From assembly GCF_964204645.1 (NCBI RefSeq), contig NC_134026.1:1263950-1327949 (forward strand): DNA of 64,000 bases, read 5' to 3'. A model generated the notes under the pieces. The model had not been told where the DNA came from and searched no databases. It saw nothing but the letters and a program-made list of their open reading frames with translations. Of the stretch, positions 1 to 13,000 are shown piece by piece. This DNA is from Tubulanus polymorphus (Eukaryota > Animalia > Nemertea). Numbering within the stretch: position 1 is the stretch's first letter; every line of letters starts with the position of its first letter. Both the position numbers and the translations under genes were made by a program.

Positions 1-1095
1 GTCTGAGAGAACAACCGACATCGGTTCAAGTACCTGGTTTTTAAAAAATATTCATTTCCTCGGGAAGAAATCCATGATAAAACAAGAACACAGACTCATG
101 AAGTGGAACACCATCGCAGTATCAAATTATCAAAATGTTGCTTTTGTTTGATCGAATATGGGTATAACTCGATTTCATACTGACTAAAACATCTCAAGAC
201 TCTCATATCATGTTCTTAGCACGCACAGCATAATACTCTTTTTTTCCAAAGTGCGTTTGAACTGATTTTGTTGATGTCTCGCGCTATACAATATCTCAAC
301 TATGTACATAAAGACATTCAGTATTGAATAATGATAGTGTTTATCGTGTGGTTTGAAAATGACAGTGTGTCTGTGTCACTGTCTCGCGGGAATCTCAATT
401 TGAGCTGCTACGTTCATCCATCATTAACTAATTAAACGCTAGACATCTGAAGTGAATATCAAACCAAATATACATCACTTTATCTTAATCAAACTTCCGA
501 AACTTGTCATCAATGTGTCACGTCTTCCTGTATTTACGTCATTTCTTTAAGTTAAAAAGAAGTTAGTGAGAATTATTTTCAACAGTCTCGATGCATTGTT
601 TGTGTTTGAAATGTCGAAAAAGTCAATTGTATGAACACATAAAACCGCTCGCTCAACGAGTGAAATCAACCCGATTTTCACTTGTCAACGAGATATGTGT
701 CAGTCAATAAAGTAATACACCTAATATCGTTAATAACTCCGAATTGAAATATTTCACTCGATCTATAAAGGCCCGCGGCTTAGGCAAAAGATCCCCTCTG
801 GAAGTATGGAAATGGTATTTGAATATACCTTGTGATGATTTTTTAATCATTTTCAAGCGATATTCATTTCAATACATGCAAACATTTTTATAACCATTTT
901 TGTAAATGTTGTTTACAGGTAGTGTTATGCACTGCACTCATAGATGATAAATATATGTTTAGAATGCATAGAAATAAGTTAATCAATCGGAGTAACAGAC
1001 CTGGTTCGACTAAGTTCGGCTGCTTGACTAATAGAATCACTACCGTCGTGTAAGAAAGTAGAAATATCTTCTTCATCGCTTTCGCTGGTCGGCAT
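1..1095 (-). CDS. 5' coding exons of an unidentified gene continuing off the left edge (exons 1095-1001 and 33-<1)
   Basis: ATG at 1095 opens MPTSESDEEDISTFLHDGSDSISQAAELSRT(R), ending at a phase-2 GT donor after 1001. This joins in frame to the acceptor aaaccag|G at 33 (RYLNRCRLFSQ). Product not recognised. Confidence 0.45.
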
Positions 1096-1645
1096 GTACC
1101 TTCCGTGCAAAGTATTTCCGTTTGCGACCACAGAAAATCATTCGCGTCAATTTGTAGACGCTAGTGTCACACCATCATTGCGAGGACCGCTATATTAGTT
1201 TCCTTTTTGGCTGAAGATGTAGCGCTTTATGGAATGGTTAAGCTACTTATGATCGACCGCCGAACGCCTTAATCTCGACGAACGTTCTCCAACGCGTGGA
1301 ATACACCGCTTCCAGTAGTGCAACCGATCGCTCTCTCTCTCTCACGTCCACGGCCACTAAGACGGTGTCATAATGAAGTATACTCCTGCCCAACAAATTA
1401 CCGGTATCCCGTCGTAAATATTTCCGAAAACCTCCGTTTCTATTATTCGTTAAATCTCATTTCAATACAAAAACGGCAAGCAGTATATTATAGTCTCAGG
1501 TATAACAATGGTTACCGTAGATATTTCACATAAACCTCGCTCGAAAAACGACGTTAATTTTCATATGAATACGCGCGGCCTGTTTTATGATATACGTTCT
1601 CATTAGTACAGTTCTGCTGGTTAACATTCCGGACATTTCTTTCAA

Positions 1646-1656
1646 ATATATATGTA

Positions 1657-1693
<37 letters not shown>

Positions 1694-1695
1694 AT
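1646..1695. repeat. (TA)n microsatellite
   Basis: Direct reading. Confidence 0.9.
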
Positions 1696-2286
1696 GATTT
1701 TATATGATTTTCATGAGTTCTGACATTAAATTAGTTGTTTCCAAATCGACCGTGTTGCACTACATAAGTTGAACATACCATGCATACCAGGAAATGCTCT
1801 TAGGTAAAATTTTAGGAAGCAAAATCGAGGCATTGAAAAACGTTTATTTAATTCTATATATTTGAAATTAACGAGACAGAAACAGGATAGGTCCTACTCC
1901 TTTTCAAGCAATGCATTATGAGGGCTTAATAAGGACTTTATGAGGCTTTGCTGATTTGTGGATTGATGATGTTGAAAAGGCTTGTGGAATTTATTAAAAC
2001 GCTCTGTATTTTCTTAATAATTTAGACCGTTAGGTTTTCATGCGCCAAAACGTCTCGCACGTCACGCCGGGTCGTGCCACGGCCGCTGCGTGTCCTGAGA
2101 TCACTCACTTGGATATATAAGTGTTTGATACGACCGGCACGCGGCAGCACCTGACGATAGAGGACGGACACTCATCATCTGTCCCCCAACCATCCACTTA
2201 TTTCACCGAGAGGGGTTATCCGCGTTCCCAAAATTAGATATAATTTCGATTCTAGAAATCATTATAGAAGGGGTATTTTTGGTTTG

Positions 2287-2332
2287 ATCTACGAGCAATT
2301 ATCTATCTATTATTAGATAATTGCTCGTAGGT
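2287..2332. repeat. Short inverted repeat/hairpin
   Basis: ctacgagcaattatcta ... tagataattgctcgtag, 17-bp perfect arms. Confidence 0.75.
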
Positions 2333-5300
2333 TTGATAGAAGAATAGACTTTATGCAGAAGGGTTACACATGTTTCACGCTCTCTCTTCATCAGTTGTTA
2401 AGTATCCGCAATTTTTAGTGTTTCTGTTGTAATTAGACAATCGACGAATTGTATGAGTGGTTTATCTTTCAGAGATACTCCGAAACAGGGATGTCTGACA
2501 CGATGATAAGATTGCTAGAGATTTGTTTATTTTCTGTAAATAGATTACAGTCACAGTACACCGCCAACATCGGGGATCTTTTGGGAATCAGCTAACGACC
2601 ATCTTACTCAAGTAGTGATGGGCACGGGATGTTGTAACGTGGTCAACCGGTCCTCAGTAAATCCACTGTGATACTTCCTTCCTCGAATTCATCATACAAC
2701 AACATTTAGGACTCTTTTTAAAAGAATTTTATTTTATACACACAAAAATACAAATTTTCTTTAACTAACTTTTATAATTGAATAAAATTTACAAAGAACT
2801 TTTTTAACACAGATATCTTGGAATTCTGAATAATATTTAACCTACATAGGTATTTAATATCTATTTTTAGTGGTTATACAAATTTCACGATAGTATTTTT
2901 CATTTATAAATAGGACGCACTCTTTGTTACGACGAATTCATCTCGAATTGCGTTAAAGTAAAAAACAAGCTGCGCGCGCATGTCGAAATAGCAAGACGAG
3001 AAAAATTCATGGTTTCAAATGCGTTCGTTCGAACCTCAATTCGCATCCATTGTCTCCGGATAATTCAAGAAATGCAAAGGACGCAAAAACTCGTTTTCAA
3101 TCAGAATTGCTTGTTCGATCGAATTTGATGTCGATTCGATGTGATAATTCAAACTAATCGTTCACATATGTAGCTTATTATGTATGATTTTAATTCAGAT
3201 TTCGTGTAGAATCAACTGAAATTTATTCATTGGCGGTGCCTTTCAAAAAAAAAATCAATCTAGGCACGATTAAAAATTCATCAGCAAATTTTACTATAAT
3301 AATTAGAAACATCAGTTAAAAAACAGCGAATTTATAATTTCTAAAAAATTCCAATCGAAGCAGAAAATTTCATTTTTTTAGAGAGATCATATTATTCTAT
3401 ATAGTAATAGTAGATACATGAAACGTAATTAATTCACCTTCTGACAATGTACATAATAAACATGATGGCAGATTATAGAGAGGAGAGAGAGAGAGATAGA
3501 GACCAAAGCACTTCAATTTTAGAAGCAAAAAAAAACTAGTCTAAAACATAGACACTTTAATAATGATCATGTGCTTGGTCGTTGAGGTGGGATTCTAAAT
3601 GCATTAATAGATACTGACGTATTTACAAAGCAACTTGTTATTCGAACACCTACTGAGGTAGAACAGCCTCAATACTTGCACAATGGAGTCATTTATGAGA
3701 GGTCAATGTATATTTATGTATATAATACACCTAGTGCAGTCTGGAATGCTCAGATTTCATTCAAGCAATAATATTTCAACCCAATTACCATTTACCGACC
3801 ATGCAATTCACTTCACACGGGCTACACTGTTCAAAGCAGTATCAGGCCACATAAACCAAGTCACGTTTGATAATCAAACTTTTTTAAGTCGTTAAAAGTA
3901 TGCTTTCTGATACACAAAATTATGAATAGCTCAGATGTTTCAAGATTAAAGTGACTGGCTAGAAATGCTTTGAAAAATGTATCAAACTTTCATTCATTTT
4001 GGTTGCAGTTCAGAAAGCTTACAGTTGTTCAATCATTCAGAATCAACACACTCGAATCCGTCATCAACCTTAAACAGAAACCCGTAGTTTCTAACCTTCG
4101 CCCGTCAAAGCTTCGATGAGCAGATCAAATTCCCATTTTACGTTCACAAACTTCTAATGGAAGCAAAGAATTTCATGGATACAATGAGAGTAAGAACACA
4201 TTATACGCAAAGTGAAGTCACAACATAACGAGACTGATTTACGCTAACATCGATGGGAAACTGCCTACAGTAGTTGTTACTCAGTTTTCCAATTTTTCTA
4301 CTTCTTGAATGAAATCGAATGAACTTATTCCCGAAAAGAATCAATTATGAATGAAAACTGTAACAATCACTGAGAAGAAAATAAAGTTAATGAATATTTA
4401 GAGGATCCCTTGATGTCTGGATTTGGCCGCCAAATAATTCAGTACAAAGTTGATTTTGATAATAAACTAATTTTGAAAACTTAACACTGACGCTATCTGG
4501 CAGGATAGCTGGCAGCTCCCCAATATTAAACAATTCCCTTCAATCAGAACCTTTTTTAGACTATTTTGCGAAGATTTCGTTGTTTCACAAATGAAACATA
4601 ATCAAAAACACAAATATGAAGGAAGATATTCAAACATGATTGTTTACTTCTTCAGAAAAGATGGCTATGTGGAAGATTTGGTTTCCAGTAGATTGAAAGT
4701 TGCGGAGAGCGATATGAAAACTTTCACATTTCTGATTTAAGTCTATGAATGCTAGATAATTGATCTAATATCGAAATAAGATTCAATCATATTTTCATAA
4801 TTTACAAAGTGCCTACTAAAAGTGTTCCTGGCAAGACTAAGTTGAATGGTTTGAAATTTACAAGTATTGAACCGACTGAAACTGTGACTTATTTAAGTCG
4901 ACAAGCATACAAAAGTTGCTTTTTCATCATTATATACCGACAAATGAAAAATAAAATCTACTTAGTAGATATACATATGTAGCAAAATGAGAATGATACA
5001 TTAGCTATTAATTATACATAATATTGATATAATCATACCTATATATTTGAAGGATACACATGTTCTTATATTCGAAGCTAAATAACTAAAGAAAAAAAAA
5101 ACTTTTGCGAAAATGGTTAAAATCGATACTAATTTAGTTTGTATGTAATAATAGTGTTAAGATTATTAAGATCGGTAAATACTAAACGAATTATATCGAT
5201 AACTGTTTGAGAGCGTAATCACCATCTCGTTATTTTTCGCAAAAAGATCTAAATCTGAGATATAGGTTTAAACCGTCACTGGCCCGAGAATCAGCCCGTA

Positions 5301-6091
5301 CAGCTGTAAATATATTCCATCAAAAAAGTGCCGTTTCTTATCAACATAACACTTGAGAGTAGAATTCATTCACTCATTATGAAAGACTGGCTTTGCTGCA
5401 TTTTTCTATTTACACGTAGTTCATTCTCTGCGATTGTTATTTTATTCTCGAAATCAAAAATGGATAAAACAGGATTTAAAAAGCCCGCATTCACGGTGGG
5501 CGTCGTTGTTGTAATCGCCGTGACAAATTTGGAGTCAACGTTTCGTTTAATTTTCTTTCCGAGAATTGTTTGCGCTTTTTTAGGACAGAGGTTTTTAATC
5601 AGAGGACACGGTGATACAAATATATAATGATATAACAGGTTCTACAACAGGATACCTGAACTCGCGCGTATAATACACATGAATTTACGATGGAAACGAC
5701 GAAGCAGTTTGGAATATGTTGTGCGTCAACATCTCTTCGGATTTACAACATAAGATATAAGGCTTACCAATAACACAGTATCAACACCCTTCAATATTTG
5801 TAATCATATATTCGTAATTAGGGCTGGTTAGCCGTCTGCCTACTCAATGGTAGAGAATATAGTACCGGTATCTTTCAATGCCCATTTAAAGTACGTATAA
5901 CTTGAGAGATGCCCAATTCCATACAACCTTACGAAGTACAAGACAAGCTCAATAACTCAACGCTTCTTAGACCACTTGTTCATAAATTTGTGGCATATTC
6001 TAGTAATGTATATACCCTTATAGCTATGACCATGTGCTAATACGTACATACATGTATTGCCATATGAGAAAATGAAGTCACCCGTTAACCA

Positions 6092-6529
6092 AAATGAACC
6101 ACCAGTAGATTCAGCGGAGCTTCAAATGAACCACCGGTAGATTCAACTGAGCTTCAAATGAACCACCGGTAGATTCAGCTGAGCTTCAAATGAACCACCA
6201 GTAGATTCAGCTGAGCTTCAAATGAACCACCAGTAGATTCAGCTGAGCTTCAATTGAACCACCAGTAGATTCAGCTGAGCTTCAAATGAACCACCGGTAG
6301 ATTCAGCTGAGCTTCAAATGAACCACCGGTAGATTCAGCTGAGCTTCAAATGAACCACCAGTAGATTCAGCTGAGCTTCAACTGAACCACCGGTAGATTC
6401 AGCTGAGCTTCAAATGAACCACCGGTAGATTCAGCTGAGCTTCAAATGAACCACCGGTAGATTCAGCTGAGCTTCAACTGAACCACCGGTAGATTCAGCT
6501 GAGCTTCAACTGAACCACCAGTAGATTCA
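6092..6529. repeat. 32-bp minisatellite, ~13.7 copies
   Basis: Unit aaatgaaccacc(g/a)gtagattcagctgagcttc; atg recurs at 6094, 6126, 6158 and onward. Confidence 0.95.
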
Positions 6530-7164
6530 CATTCACCTTTATTCCACACTATAGTTTTAAATGTACACCATACCGTATAAGTAAAAGCTAGCCAAAGCAA
6601 TACCCTGTTTCAAGTACTAGCACCTGGACAAACCTAGTGAGTAATCTGAATTAACTCCCAGTTGAGGAGAACAACTTTTCTTCCTTTTTAATAATAATTA
6701 TCTTTACGACATTTTGTGCAAAATTGTAGCCATTTTGGAAGACGAGAAGTATCGCCTACGTATTGCTTTATTATTGTTCCCTGGCAACACCGTTAAAGTT
6801 TTCAATGAATGAAATAAATGCGGCACCGATTCAAAGATGTTGCCAGCAGTTACGACGAAACCATCGACACCACTCGACACGCGTCGGTCATTCACTACCA
6901 TCGATAGTTTCACTGAACTGCCAAAAAAAACCAACAAGACAACATCTGTGAATCACACGACGCATTTTAAACTACTACCGTTATCATCATATTAAAAACA
7001 CTCGCACGCATCTATCACACACTGAGGTGGGTTGAAATTGACACAAATTTTCTTCACACAGAATAAACCGATTCCAAAATGGATTCCTTCAAACTAATCC
7101 AACTAACACAATAGAGGAAACGTGTGTGCGTCGTCTTAATGGTAAAATTACAATTCAAACTTAC

Positions 7165-7387
7165 AAATTTGTTCTGATATGGGCTGCAGATCTAGGAAGG
7201 GCATCTCGAGGGTCAATGACCGCGACTGTCAGTCAGCAAATTTCAGAGTATCCTCTCAGAAATTATCCTTTTATGTGTTGAATGTGTACGAAACACCAGT
7301 GAGGGACAGCTCAATCGCGTTCAGAGCCCTCGGAGGCTCGGTGTCATCTGGGCATCTATCCCGCCCTTGTCACCTTCCAAGATCTGC
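7165..7387 (-). other. Candidate upstream/alternative exon of the left-edge gene
   Basis: GC-richer block bounded on the minus strand by a ctaacag acceptor (7388-7390) and a gtaagt donor (7164). A second gtaagt donor at ~7519 suggests a further upstream exon. Confidence 0.35.
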
Positions 7388-8060
7388 CTGTTAGAATATT
7401 TTCAGGCTATATATTCATATATTTAAGAGAATTTCCCCCATCGAGAACCCATACAAATATTTGGAAATTACATCAAACGACTGTTGAAACCTTTCAGAGT
7501 AAATGTAATATTCACTTACGTCAAAACTACTCGGAAGAAAATACAACACTTAAAAAATCTAAATACGACCACAAGTTGACAACAAATATCGCCACACTCG
7601 TGCGCCGTTTATTCACAGTACTGAATAGATTTCTTCTGTTATAGTGAATGAACTAAGACTTCATCAGAATTTTACAAGTTTAAAGACATTTTCATCAACA
7701 CCATCATTTACTACAAACATTCAATTCATAAATCATCATGTACCACCGGTTTGATTTCATACAAACGTTCTTTTTCTTTTTCTACGAATTTCCAATGAAC
7801 ACCTTCTGAATTTTTGTAAATAAATTCATTCGGAGATATATATTTTTCAGACGCAATGAGCACAATTTCGACATCCAACAAGAGTCTAATTTTTCACGCG
7901 GAATGCTTTACATTATCGAGAGAAAGAAGTCTTCATTTCAAAGGCGAGCGCGTTGTTGTTGTTGACATAGAATATCTTTCGTTTTTAGTTTCATTTTTTT
8001 CATTTATCTTAGAAAGCGATTGACGACCGAAAACTCACACGCAAAATATGAGATCAGACT

Positions 8061-8134
8061 AATATATATATATATATATATATATTTCATCAGTCGTCCT
8101 GCATTCAGAAAACTTCACCATGGTCCTGGTTTTA

Positions 8135-8166
<32 letters not shown>

Positions 8167-8180
8167 ATATATATAATATA
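8061..8180. repeat. Two (TA)n tracts
   Basis: Direct reading. Confidence 0.85.
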
Positions 8181-8530
8181 CAATATCACAGTAATTATCA
8201 ACTATACGACGTTTAAAGTGCTCGATTAGGAAAGTTTTACATTTTATAAATATCAACAGAATGATCATGCCCGATACGCTCGGCAATCCTTGTGCGACTA
8301 AACAGTTGCGAATCAGTCCAGATGCATTTTCCTAGTTTTAGACACTTCGATATCGCTAGACGGCATCAGGTAGTTATTCGAATTAGAGTCAAAATGGCTT
8401 CCACGATGATAAGGGTTTTATGTAACAAAAAATTTTCTAGGTAAATCTCATTATTAATTTGTGTTTAAAGACGATGAATTATTGAAAAGTAGTCGACGTG
8501 ATGAGTTCAGTTGTAGAGGAGCCGTGTTAA

Positions 8531-8647
8531 CCAGGACCCAAATCCACAGTTCTGAGTTAAGATTTGACTCTGAGTTAACTCATTGAAAATGAACTAATTT
8601 TAACTCAGGAGTTAACTCTAACTCACAACTGTGGAACTGGATCCTGG
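8531..8647. mobile_element. ~115-bp palindromic MITE (family A), copy 1
   Basis: Ends ccaggacccaaatccacagtt ... aactgtggaactggatcctgg; related copy in opposite orientation at ~34289-34400. Confidence 0.7.
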
Positions 8648-8730
8648 GTGTCAAATCAGTCTAGTATTTGTAGGTTAATTACCGGTAGATTTTATTAAAA
8701 ATATGATCTTTCAATACTAGTGTATTATAT

Positions 8731-9129
8731 GGGGTCCCTACAGATCAGTCATTCCTAGATATAAGGAGTTTTCAAGGAGAAAATGTCAAATTTCCAGTAA
8801 GTGTCTGCGTCACTTTTATATACATCCCAATTACAGTAGACTCCACATTAACCTGTGCTGTCTACCTCAGTGAACTGTTAATGAGTGGTTTTGTATGCAA
8901 GTTTTTATCCTTGGTACTAACTGAACTCAGAAACTGCTCAATAGGGCAAAAGATCCTGGTCCCAACTGTACTGATTTAGATGAAGTCTTCTGTACCACTT
9001 CAAACTAAAGTAGACAAAAATTTCTAATTGCCTTTCTTTTTGCTCAAATCAGAGGAGTTTCAAGCACCTTCAACAGCATTTTCCATTAAGAAAGAGTTTT
9101 TAAGGAATCAGGGAGATGTAGGGACCCTG
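8731..9129. mobile_element. Non-autonomous DNA transposon remnant with short TIRs
   Basis: gggtccctaca ... tgtagggaccc terminal inverted repeats. Confidence 0.5.
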
Positions 9130-9335
9130 CATCTGGTAAACGATTCTCATTTAGCAGATGCAGATGCACTAGCAACAAAAGCAAATCTAAAATAATCAGT
9201 AAAACACCTACTAATACAAACTTTGAGTACTAACTGTCTTCACATTTACTTATATGGAAATACTTGACATTGGACATGATCAGAATGCTGTCTCATTTTT
9301 TGTTTTTTTTTGGTACTATCGTATATTCATGAATT

Positions 9336-10075
9336 ATATAACGGGTTATAACGAGTTTAGACGAGGGAGAGAGACGCTCGTAACAATCGTAGGTTGCTAT
9401 AACCTGTTATAACGAGTTATAACGAGTTTAGACGAGGGAGAGAGACGCTCATATCAATCGTAGGTTGCTATAACAGGTTATAACGAGTTATAACGGGTTA
9501 TAAAGAGTTTAGACGAGGGAGAGAGACGCTCATATCAATCGTAGGTTGCTATAACCGGTTATAACGAGTTATAACGGGTTATAACGAGTTTAGACGAGGG
9601 AGAGAGACGCTCGTAACAATCGTACGTTGCTATAACAGGTTATAACGGGTTATAACGAGTTTAGACGAGGGAGAGAGACGCTCGTAACAATCGTACGTTG
9701 CTATAACAGGTTATAACGGGTTATAACGAGTTTAGATGAGGGAGAGAGACGCTCATATCAATCGTAGGTTGCTATAACCGGTTATAACGAGTTATAACGG
9801 GTTATAAGGAGTTTAGACGAGGGAGAGAGACGCTCGTAACAATCGTACGTTGCTATAACAGGTTATAACGGGTTATAACGAGTTTAGATGAGGGAGAGAG
9901 ACGCTCATATCAATCCTACGTTGCTATAACAGGTTATAACGAGTTATAACGGGTTATAACGAGTTTAGATGAGGGAGAGACGCTCATATCGATGGTACGT
10001 TGCTATAACAGGTTATAACAAATTATAACGGGTTATAACAGGTTATAGACGAGGGAGAGACGCTTGTATTAATTG
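9336..10075. repeat. 71/81-bp compound minisatellite, 10 copies, immediately 3' of the FAM53 stop
   Basis: Core gagggagag at 9363, 9434, 9515, 9596, 9667, 9738, 9819, 9890, 9971, 10051; variable number of ttataacg(a/g)g 10-mers. Confidence 0.95.
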
Positions 10076-10085
10076 TACGTCGCTT

Positions 10086-13000
10086 TCAATCGTTTTCAAT
10101 TTGTTCGAGGTCGATTTCGTTGCCGATATCGATATGAAACAAATCCTCAGCACCATCATCGTGACAACTACAGTCCTCGCCGACGGCGTTGAACGTGACG
10201 ATCTCCGGCGGATCGCCGCAGCCGCTGTCCGTCTGCGATAAACCGATCTCCTCGGCAGCCTGCTCCATCGCTTGACTGACTTCCGTCGTCGGGCTCGTCG
10301 TCGGTGACTTTAACACGGCGTTCGGGATGCTGCTATCCAACGGTGATCCGGTGATCGGTTTCAGACCGAATATTTTATTCTGTTGATCGGCGAACAAACT
10401 GCTGAGACTATGAGATGACGATCGGATGTACTGTAATGAGATAAAAACTCATTTGAAACTTTATCACGACACACAACAAAAAACTGCATTCGACACTATA
10501 CATTATTATAACGTTATCTTGACATTTGAAAGTGTTCTCTCATAGTAGAAATAATCCAGGGCTCAAATAGTAGCGTTTTAAAATGTCAAAGAGATATCGA
10601 AGTAAGACTGATATAGGTTATAGTCGTATGTATGAGAAAAATCGTGAGATTATTTAGCACAATTTCATAATTTACTACCAGGGAACGTACGTGTAAATAA
10701 ATTATGAACATTTCCACGTTATGGTCTTTTACATCCTTGTTTATGCAGTATAAGTGAATTGTGCATCGCAGTTTCACCGAATGAATAAATATGATCAATC
10801 CATGTCCATGCATTAATTATAGAACCCCGGCAATTATTCCAGTTCAAAAAGTTTATCCGAGCGCCGGGTTGTCGCATGAAAGCGGCCTATCGAAGCCATG
10901 GTTATATTCCGTTGCACGTTTCATTCCAAAAACGCACCTTAATCTAGGTCTTAATTATAGACTCTCTTAAGCTTTCATTGTTTAATTGGACATAAACATC
11001 TCGTGAGACTGCCACAGTACAAAACCCTGCCCTAGTATTCATTCGTTTCCCTACTCATGATAGGATGGCCAAAATATAGGCAGGGTCCGATCTAAGGAAT
11101 GAAAGCCACTTGCCCGGGGGCAAGCATATCTGATATTTTGCTTGCCCCCCCTCCAAAAGCTACTTGCCCTTCACAGGCAAACGGATTGGTGGCACTATCA
11201 TCCTTTGTATCGAGTGGGAAAAAAGCTTTGAGACATGAAATTCACTAGCCTGGGGGACAAGTGATAATGATTACTTCTTGCCCTGATGAGAATATACTTG
11301 TCCCGGGCAATCGGACAAGTGTTTAGATCGGACTCTGCATAGGGCTCAACATACCTGATGAAGCTGCATATATTAGGTAAAAAAAGGCGGTGGACTGAAT
11401 TCAATTCATAACCGGTGAAAGGAAATAGGACAGACATACAGCATTACTTAAATAGCCACGTCAGTTACAACGTTCCGGTTATCAACTCAGATTGGAAAAC
11501 GTATATTTAGAACAACTAACGGACATTGTAATTAATTACGTGGAGTATAACGACATTGTAATGAACGTCATCATTTCAGACACTTAATCAACACCTACTA
11601 CATAACGCAAAATAAAAAAACAACAAGCAAACAAAAAAAACATGTGTGAACTAATCAAGCGGATTGTAATTAGCGTCTGGCTGAATATTGGCGCGGTACT
11701 GGTGGAATTACTTACGAGTGGCTGCGACATTGTTACAGATCTCGGCCTTCTTTGATACGCAGTCTGAAATGACACATAATCAATACAATATTATTTCATT
11801 TCTCCATCGAGACAATTAGAAAATATTTATTATTGCCGTGGCGTAATTTATTATAAAACCCCCTACCATCCGAGCTAGTGCACAAACAGTTGATGGAACT
11901 AGGACATAATGTATTAATTCTTATGAATTTTTGCAGCCCGTGTTTTATAGCGGTTTCTCACTTCAACGCCGTGTTGGATTTAAGCCGGGTTGTTCTAGTT
12001 AGATTGGCACATACCGGAAACGCGCCCAAACCAGCTATGTTTTGCCCGTGTCAATAAACCCAGTCGGCCCGGGTCTTTTCGGGCGCAGGCCTAATATAGA
12101 AAAGAAAAATTGTGATCGTAGGTTTTTTGTTAGTATGAAAAGTTGAATTTAAAAAAGCTAGATTTAAAACAGTCCTAAAATAACTTAGTACAAACGTCAC
12201 GGCTTTAGTCGTAACAGGTTTAACTTCGAAAAAAATAAGATAAGCTCAGAACAACGTTCGATACATAAATCAGGATCACAGACGTCTGAAAAATAAATTT
12301 CATCCAAGTTTCATAAACCTGTGACAAGTCGGCATAAAGATCAATGCCGATTATTCAAATAGGCTGGCATCTCGCCAACGCGAGCACCGGATAGCTTTGT
12401 ATATAACACCAATAATCCATGCATGATCATGTATAACTCGAGTAAATCAACCGATTTTATAGTCTTATATTCGTGAGGATAAAGCATTTTACAGTCTAAA
12501 CAGATGCGATACATATTCATGGCCAGTATCAGATCTCTCAACATGTGAAACTATTGAAAACACGAACTAAACACTGCACGCAATAGTTGAGCTGTAGTTT
12601 ATTTCAGTATTCCTGATGATGACTATTAGCGGGATGGCCAGTTTATCCCAGTTTACAAATTCCCTGATTTTTAGCATCTAAATAAACAAAATTCCTTGGT
12701 TTAATGTTACAATTTATCAATTCTTTCATGAATCATGTATTGATAAAGAAATGCATGGACAATAATACATTCAAATTACCTCGAAGTTTTCCAGGTTTTT
12801 TGAAACATTTTTCTGATTCCCTGATTTTTTCTAGATTAGTCAAATTCCCTGAGATTTTCAGGTTTTCTATATGTAAGTGGCCACCCTGTATAGGATATAG
12901 TCCAAATGTTGAATGACAGTTGCAGCCAAAGGAAACCTTTTGGACAAGTTTTTTTTTGTATCGTGCGTTTTTATCGTATCGACGTTACAACACCGACTCA

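Noticed and set aside
6092-6529. CRISPR-like 32-bp periodicity
   Set aside because: Head-to-tail units with no unique spacers, no cas genes, eukaryotic context.
9336-10075. Repeat-spacer appearance
   Set aside because: The variable parts are copies of one 10-mer, not unique spacers.
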